This document shows positions 58,133-64,000 of a DNA stretch of 64,000 nt, one piece after another. The notes beneath the pieces are model-generated. The model was not told where the DNA came from. It saw only the letters and a program-made list of their open reading frames with translations, and searched no databases. Position 1 is the stretch's first letter. The number at the start of each line of letters is the position of its first letter. Made by a program: the position numbers and the translations under genes. The stretch comes from Candidatus Hydrothermarchaeales archaeon (GTDB taxonomy: Archaea > Hydrothermarchaeota > Hydrothermarchaeia > Hydrothermarchaeales > JAZGAD01), in NCBI GenBank assembly GCA_036444275.1, contig JAZGAD010000028.1:1-64000 (forward strand). The letters are read 5' to 3'.

Positions 58133-59137
58133 ATGAAGGATATAGGAGCTGAACATTCAATTTTCAATGGGCGAAAACTACTCCTCAACTCCAAGGCCTC
58201 TACGAACTCTGATTTCGGCTGTCCGCCAGAGGAAAGAGCCGTAAGGGAGTACATACGTTATGGGATGATAAACCTGGATAAACCAGCTGGCCCAACGTCA
58301 CATGAGGTTGTCTCATGGGTAAAGAACATTATGGGGCTCAAAAAGGCGGGTCACGGCGGCACCCTCGATCCCAGGGTTACTGGCGTACTGCCCATTGGCC
58401 TAGAGGAATCCACCAAGATAGTTCAAGCATTGCTGCCTGCTACTAAAGAATATGTCTGCATAATGCGTCTACATGGGGATACCCCTGAGAAGAGGCTGAA
58501 AGAGGTATTTAAGGAATTTACGGGGGAGATACTCCAGAGGCCTCCAGTGAAGAGTGCCGTCAAGAGGCAGCTCCGAACAAAGGTGATCCACCATCTCAAG
58601 CTTCTAGAGGTGCAAGATAGAGATGTCTTATTCACCGTAAAGTGTGAAGCAGGCACTTATATAAGAAAGTTGTGCCACGACGTAGGGGAAGTCCTTGGAT
58701 GCGGTGCACACATGTTGGAGTTGAGACGCACCAAAAGCGGCCCCTTTAAGGAAGAAAGCCTGGTCACACTCCATGACGTGCTCGATGCCTATAGATTTTG
58801 GAAGGATAATGGGAGAGAGGACCTCTTGAAGAGGGTGATAGTTCCGGTGGAAAGTGCCTTAGGTGATACGCCCTTGTTGGCCGTTAGAGATAGCGCTGTA
58901 GATGCTCTGTGTCATGGTGCTGATCTAGCCGTGCCTGGAATAAGCAAGTTAGATGCAGACATAGATGAAGGGGATATGGTGGGAATCCTTACTCTAAAAG
59001 GAGAAATCATTGCGTTAGGAGAAGCAAAGATGAGCACTAAGGACATCCTGCTGGAGAACTCAGGTATAGCTGTCAAGACCAAGAGGGTGATCATGAAGCC
59101 TGGTATCTATCCAAAGATGTGGACGAGCAATGAATGA
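58133..59137 (+). CDS. cbf5: H/ACA RNA-guided pseudouridine synthase Cbf5
   Basis: DKPAGPTSHEV, GHGGTLDP, CEAGTYIRK, PUA domain; ATG 58133. Confidence 0.96.
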   Translation: MKDIGAEHSIFNGRKLLLNSKASTNSDFGCPPEERAVREYIRYGMINLDKPAGPTSHEVVSWVKNIMGLKKAGHGGTLDPRVTGVLPIGLEESTKIVQALLPATKEYVCIMRLHGDTPEKRLKEVFKEFTGEILQRPPVKSAVKRQLRTKVIHHLKLLEVQDRDVLFTVKCEAGTYIRKLCHDVGEVLGCGAHMLELRRTKSGPFKEESLVTLHDVLDAYRFWKDNGREDLLKRVIVPVESALGDTPLLAVRDSAVDALCHGADLAVPGISKLDADIDEGDMVGILTLKGEIIALGEAKMSTKDILLENSGIAVKTKRVIMKPGIYPKMWTSNE

Positions 59138-59720
59138 ACATTATTATACAAGAAAGCCGACTTCAAAGCCAAAGGCCGGTATGATAAAGGTCGTCTTGAG
59201 GGGAAGACATTATACATTTCTTACCTCCAGTGGGGTATTCTCTTATAAGCGTATTGACAAGGGCACCGAGCTCCTAGTGGAGAATATGATAATTCGAGGA
59301 GGCAGAGTCTTGGATTTAGGATGCGGCTATGGTGTCCTTGGAATTGTTGCAGCAGAGTTCGCAGAATATGTGCTTCTCACAGAAATCAATTCACGAGCCG
59401 CGAAATTAACAATGAATAACCTAAAGCTGAATAGTGTAAGAAATGCTGAAGTGAGAGAGGGAAACCTATATGAACCTGTGGGTGAGGAAAAATTCGATGC
59501 AGTCATATGCAATCTTCCTATGGCCGCTGGCCTAGATACGGTCTTTAAGATCATAGATGGATCAAAAGAGCATTTGAAGCGAGAGGGAAGCGCCCAGTTC
59601 GTGGTCAGAAAGGGAGCTAAGAGAGTAGAAGAGAGGATGCTGAAAGTATTTGGGAACACTAGGACTCTAGCGAAGGAAGGTGGGTACAGAGTATTTCTCT
59701 CTACTGCCGGGGTAGCCTAG
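59130..59720 (+). CDS. Class I SAM-dependent methyltransferase (RsmC/MTS-like)
   Basis: EHYY, GVFS...ID.GT.LL, LDLGCGYG; last 4 codons and stop lie inside the tRNA. Confidence 0.88.
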   Translation: MNEHYYTRKPTSKPKAGMIKVVLRGRHYTFLTSSGVFSYKRIDKGTELLVENMIIRGGRVLDLGCGYGVLGIVAAEFAEYVLLTEINSRAAKLTMNNLKLNSVRNAEVREGNLYEPVGEEKFDAVICNLPMAAGLDTVFKIIDGSKEHLKREGSAQFVVRKGAKRVEERMLKVFGNTRTLAKEGGYRVFLSTAGVA

Positions 59721-59788
59721 AGGCAAGGCGCCGGCCTTGAGAGCCGGTTGAGCTCTGCTCATCATGGGTTCAAGTCCCATCCCCGGCG
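59706..59788 (+). tRNA. tRNA-Ser(UGA), no intron, CCA not encoded
   Basis: Acceptor GCCGGGG/CCCCGGC, D stem GCCT/AGGC, anticodon arm CCGGC-CTTGAGA-GCCGG, long variable arm TGAGC/GCTCA, T arm ATGGG-TTCAAGT-CCCAT, discriminator G. Confidence 0.96.
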
Positions 59789-59905
59789 TTCCATAAGAAT
59801 TAAATGGCACACACGATATACCGATATCTGCAGAGGTAAAACAGCTTTCAATCGCTTGACATCTAAATAATTAGAATAGTATCTCTGGATGTAGATGTAG
59901 TAACA

Positions 59906-60241
59906 ATGATTGATGCCTATGACTTTGGAAGGATAGTGATTGATGGCAAGAGATACAATAGGGATGTATTAATCCTAGCAGACAAGGTAAAAGCAGACTG
60001 GTGGAGGAAGGAAGGACACCTACTTCAAATAGATGACCTCGGAGAACTCGTGAAAGAAGAGCTTGAAGTCCTCGTTATAGGCACTGGTTATTCTGGATGT
60101 ATGCAGATTTCGCCAGAGGTCGTAGACTATTTTCATTCGAAGAGCATCGAGTTAGTAGTTAAAAATACGAAGGACGCCTGCAAAATCTTCGATGAACTTC
60201 AGACAGACAGAAAAGCAGCTGCCTTCCACTTAACCTGCTAA
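59906..60241 (+). CDS. Mth938-like (DUF498) protein
   Basis: FGRIVIDG, WWRKEGH, IGTG..G, C-terminal HLTC. Confidence 0.9.
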   Translation: MIDAYDFGRIVIDGKRYNRDVLILADKVKADWWRKEGHLLQIDDLGELVKEELEVLVIGTGYSGCMQISPEVVDYFHSKSIELVVKNTKDACKIFDELQTDRKAAAFHLTC

Positions 60242-60263
60242 TAGCCTCTTGAAGGTGCAACGG

Positions 60264-60926
60264 CTATAGCTTCCGATTTCCACCGCAGAATTTTGTAATA
60301 TAATCCACGGCTACCCTTCTTGTATTTCTCAGTATCTCACCGTCTATACCTGGAACACCGCAGATCAGTAGGAGGACGTTCCGGGTATGCAAGGTGATCT
60401 TTGTAGTATCTGCATCCCGATAGGGGTATATGGCGACAAGCTTTCTTCCATCTGAGACAACCACCTCGTTTCCCTTTAGTATTAACGGCCTGTCCATCCC
60501 TATCCCAAGAAACTCCTCCCCTTCCTCAGCGAGCCTCATAAGCAACTTCCCTTCGATTTTATCACTATCAAAGGCGGCTATAGCTATCTTGGTCTCTATG
60601 GATGCGAGGTTATAGGCATCTACAAGAGTATTGATGGTAGGCAGAGGTTTACCCCTTAAGATGCGCCTAATAAGGGCTTCAGCAGCAGGTCTTACCTTCG
60701 TAGGGTCTATGCCAACGCGCCAAAAGAAGTTGCGATACACCCTGAAGATTGGGAGGTCCTTCAGTTCAGCTAGGTTGTATCTTTCCTTTACTCTCTGAGT
60801 GACCTCCTCCTTAAAGCTTTCAAGATCTCTGTTTTCTCTCTCCACCCTCACTCCCGTAATCTCCTCCACTAAGGCCTTGAGATCAGGAAATTCTTCCTCC
60901 AGCATTGAAGAAATATCTAAAGACAT
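60264..60926 (-). CDS. Stand-alone B3/4 domain protein (PheRS-beta editing-like)
   Basis: GIDPTK.RPAAEALIRR, INTLVDAYN, YPYRDA. Confidence 0.88.
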   Translation of the reverse strand: MSLDISSMLEEEFPDLKALVEEITGVRVERENRDLESFKEEVTQRVKERYNLAELKDLPIFRVYRNFFWRVGIDPTKVRPAAEALIRRILRGKPLPTINTLVDAYNLASIETKIAIAAFDSDKIEGKLLMRLAEEGEEFLGIGMDRPLILKGNEVVVSDGRKLVAIYPYRDADTTKITLHTRNVLLLICGVPGIDGEILRNTRRVAVDYITKFCGGNRKL

Positions 60927-61031
60927 ATAGCTTAGATTTAGTAAACTTGGCCTAATAAATTTCTGGTTTGGATTTTCAAAATAAATCAGAATCTATATAC
61001 CAGCAAGCACTAAAGAGCTGACCTGGACACT

Positions 61032-61367
61032 TCAGCTGGGCACCTCTACTTCCTTCAGGCTGAAAAAAGCCACAGAGTCGCCTATCATGCCGTTGTCCAC
61101 GGAGAACTCAAACCTTATCCTAACCAAATCAAGGAGCCTATCGATATCTTCCGGTTCTAGTACTTCTAATCTCTCGATAATTGCTTCGTAACCGAATTTA
61201 TCCTTAAGCCAAGCGGCACATAATCTCTTCAGTCGCTCCGTCTTCCTATCACTATCTTCAAGGTATTTTATATGAAGGGACGGCACGAACCATCCATCTT
61301 GCTCTACTGCCCTATCCTTAAGCTCTCCCCATTCCTCCTCAGTCAACTGGAGAATATCACTCCCCAT
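61032..61367 (-). CDS. Hypothetical protein
   Basis: 111-aa ORF with GGAGGTG SD; divergent from the HTH gene. Confidence 0.65.
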   Translation of the reverse strand: MGSDILQLTEEEWGELKDRAVEQDGWFVPSLHIKYLEDSDRKTERLKRLCAAWLKDKFGYEAIIERLEVLEPEDIDRLLDLVRIRFEFSVDNGMIGDSVAFFSLKEVEVPS

Positions 61368-61550
61368 TAATCCACCTCCAAAATTGTATTTTCCTATAAT
61401 ATGCTTGGTATATATAATTTTCTATTTGTGTTATTCAATTTCCACTGGAAAAAGATTAAAAATATTAAGAAATTTCAAAATAAAATATGGAAAATCAAAA
61501 TAGTAAGATTAATATAGGGATATATCCAAATAAGTTCTTGCGGTTAGAGC

Positions 61551-61985
61551 ATGCTAGGGAAGGACCGAGAGATAATTAGAAGGCTTATGGAAGATCCAAG
61601 GACAAGTTTCTCAAAAATAGCAAGAGATCTTGGTATTTCCTCAGAGTCAATTAGGCAGAGGGTGAAGCAGATGCGGAGGGAAGGAAAGCTGAAATTTTAT
61701 TGTGTCGCAAATGGCAGGCTGTTCGATAAGCGGAGGATTACCATGATCCTTTCGGTTCCCCTCCATGAAAAAACATTGGTAATAGAGAAGCTGAAGGCGC
61801 TTCCAACTACTCTAGAGATACATTCCGGGGTGCTGAAGGAGGCAGTGATACTGGATATAATCTCTCAAGATTTGGATAAGGATACCCACGAATTGCTGAA
61901 AAATTTAGAGAAGTTAGGCGTTGAAGTAAAGGAGATGTTTGAATCAGAACTGGTTCACTTCGACCCTACAGGGATACTCGACTGA
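61551..61985 (+). CDS. Lrp/AsnC-type HTH transcriptional regulator
   Basis: DREIIRRL..DPR.SFSKIARDLGIS...IRQRVK. Confidence 0.85.
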   Translation: MLGKDREIIRRLMEDPRTSFSKIARDLGISSESIRQRVKQMRREGKLKFYCVANGRLFDKRRITMILSVPLHEKTLVIEKLKALPTTLEIHSGVLKEAVILDIISQDLDKDTHELLKNLEKLGVEVKEMFESELVHFDPTGILD

Positions 61986-62030
61986 AAACAAGTTTGCAGG
62001 TAATATGAATTTTCTTTTCTTATGCGATAT

Positions 62031-64000
62031 CTACATACTGACGCCTGTAGTGTAGACAATAGCGTCGAAAAACACCTTTAAGAATCTGGGGATTTTTAGC
62101 ACAGCTCCGAAGGGCGTTATCTTTATTCCACCTGTTAAGACCATAGCTGTCAATCGTGCTCCAAATACCGGGGCAGCGACAACCAAGTCGACTGGACCTT
62201 CAGCATTCTTCAGCCTGCCTTCCCACCAGTTCCGGAGCTTCATAAGGGAAGCGAAGTCTGCCTTTATGTAGATGTTGTCCCCACTATTACCGGCTCCATC
62301 AGCTATATTGTATCTTGCCCAAGCCAGCTTCCCGTTTTCTGTTCTAAAGGAGAATTCGAATATAGCATCTCCCTTGTGCGTGATCCTAACAGAAGTAGTG
62401 GTATCACTCCATTCCCTGATCGCTTCTTGTATAGCTGGGAAGTTTTCTATGCCCAAATTCAGCTCGTTGATCATCTCGTCTATAATCCCCGCTTCCTGTG
62501 CCTCAAGCCACTTGGCCTTAAGCTCCTCAGCAAGCCTCAGAATCTCAGCGTCAGTAAGAGATACCTTGAGCTTGAGCCTGGGTTTTATACCGTCGATCTT
62601 CAACCTCTCGCCGCCGACACCTCTACTCGACCTAGCCAACTTCCTTTCGATCTTAATTTCCCCTTCCCTACGTCTCATATCCTCTATCCGTCTCTCCTTC
62701 TCCTCCAGCACTTTGAGCCTCTCTTCTCTAATCTCCGCCGCAACATCCTCTGGCATAACTTCAACCTCTACCTCTCTCTCAATTTCACGGGGAAGTGAAG
62801 GCGTCTCTATCGTGGCTACAGCTTCTTCGATTTTCTCCCTAGGGATAGGTGAGGGAGGAGGAGTCGAAGGCATCAATACCATCCCCTCTTCAGTTATCTC
62901 CACATCCGCCCTCAGCATCTTGGCCTTCTTCTTGGTTACTATCTGAGGCGGAGGTAAGCGTATCTCTGGCTTCTCAACCCTTACAGCAGGAGCATATCGT
63001 AAGGGTCTTATGCTAAGGCCTCCCTCGAACTTGTATTCGAAATCATCCTCCCAAATCTTGAGGTCGACATGGTCTGTCTCTACTTCTACCTTTAGAGACG
63101 TGAATTCCGGGAAGGCTTCGCCTGATATCGCCGCGAGATATGCAATCTCAGTGTCGTAGCCCTCTAAGGTGAAGTACAGCTCGTTGATCGACCTCCTCAA
63201 CTCAGCGGCTCCAATACTCCCTGCCTCGTAGGCGTCTATCCTTTCCTTTATCTTTTCTTTCGAGAGGGAATTTACGACATCAGCCCTCTTCTCGATGAGC
63301 TTCTGTAGGCGCACCTTGGTCTGCTCTTTTTCATAGCGCTTGAAGGCAGAGTTTATCTTCTCTGCGAGAGCATCATCCATACTCTTCCACTGTACCTCTA
63401 TATTTACCTCCAGATCCCGGCCCTTCTCCTTCGCTTCCCTCACGAACGGAGGCACAAATGTCTCGAAATAAACGATATTGACGTCATAGGCACTGGTGGT
63501 GCAGACCATGACGCTTCTCACTGCATCTGCCCTCTTGTCATAGGAGTGATACCCTTGGCTCTCGGCTAGAGCTATGCCTATAATGTCCTCTTTTTCTGCT
63601 TTATCTAGGAGGTCATTGAGTTCATCCTTCTTTAGGAGCATGCTATACAGGAATTTCCCTGGCGATATATCCTCCTGGCAGCTTGTCTTTATACCGGAGA
63701 TCATGTTCACCAGCTCCCCTTCGATCTGCTGGTCCCCTGTGGAATAGGAGTCCTTCGCCGCTATAATGCGTGTTAAAACTTCACTCAGATCCTTTTCACG
63801 CTGCTCTCTCCAGAAATGCTCATTAGCCCTCTCGATATCCTTTCTCACACTCTCCCAGTTCCTCCAGCGAATGCTCAGATCCAGTGCGCATTCCTGTCTT
63901 TCCTTGCACCATGCCCCTATACCAGTAATGATGTCATCTTTATCGGATAATAGGTCCCTCCAGTCTGCTATGCTTATCTCGCCGGTCTCATAATCGTACT
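62031..64000 (-). CDS. Large hypothetical protein, 5' end beyond the window; coiled coil, Pro/Glu-rich linker, possible C-terminal SCP2-like domain
   Basis: Frame stays open from the ORF-track GTG at 63848 to the window edge (YDYETGEISIADW...); PPP-rich linker; tail IYIKAD...MVLTGGIKITP. Confidence 0.75.
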   Translation of the reverse strand, partial: YDYETGEISIADWRDLLSDKDDIITGIGAWCKERQECALDLSIRWRNWESVRKDIERANEHFWREQREKDLSEVLTRIIAAKDSYSTGDQQIEGELVNMISGIKTSCQEDISPGKFLYSMLLKKDELNDLLDKAEKEDIIGIALAESQGYHSYDKRADAVRSVMVCTTSAYDVNIVYFETFVPPFVREAKEKGRDLEVNIEVQWKSMDDALAEKINSAFKRYEKEQTKVRLQKLIEKRADVVNSLSKEKIKERIDAYEAGSIGAAELRRSINELYFTLEGYDTEIAYLAAISGEAFPEFTSLKVEVETDHVDLKIWEDDFEYKFEGGLSIRPLRYAPAVRVEKPEIRLPPPQIVTKKKAKMLRADVEITEEGMVLMPSTPPPSPIPREKIEEAVATIETPSLPREIEREVEVEVMPEDVAAEIREERLKVLEEKERRIEDMRRREGEIKIERKLARSSRGVGGERLKIDGIKPRLKLKVSLTDAEILRLAEELKAKWLEAQEAGIIDEMINELNLGIENFPAIQEAIREWSDTTTSVRITHKGDAIFEFSFRTENGKLAWARYNIADGAGNSGDNIYIKADFASLMKLRNWWEGRLKNAEGPVDLVVAAPVFGARLTAMVLTGGIKITPFGAVLKIPRFLKVFFDAIVYTTGVSM

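Noticed and set aside
59789-64000. Integrated element at tRNA-Ser
   Set aside because: No integrase and no duplicated tRNA 3' end within the window; cannot be supported from this sequence.

Overview
Archaeal chromosome segment. Gene content and synteny point to a euryarchaeote near the Methanomada/Hydrothermarchaeota grade, but this is inference only. From left to right it carries: nurA-herA; a small AT-rich accessory tract (ybaN-like gene, MNT-HEPN pair) bounded by repeated ends with integron-like core sites; an orphan pilin; an RHH/Zn-finger gene heading a preQ0 (archaeosine precursor) operon (folE2/mptA-queC-queE-queD); the rdgB-rps15-recJ-pcc1-serS-[trkH/trkA]-rps3ae cluster; sugar-phosphate genes (apgM, phosphohexomutase, glmU); a 16-kb EppA-type type IV pilus locus with an embedded glycosylation island and a tandem double-ATPase motor; argG-carB-carA with a divergent ACT-domain gene; the S10-spc ribosomal protein superoperon through secY-adk-cmk-cbf5; tRNA-Ser(UGA); and some accessory genes. 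The strongest leads are (1) two tandem units with shared left and right ends but unrelated cargo (integron-cassette-like, no integrase in the window) and (2) a 1040-aa pilus ATPase made of two complete motor domains, one with an altered His box, in a locus that also holds several GT-C glycosyltransferases. All calls come from reading motifs by eye; no database search was run.
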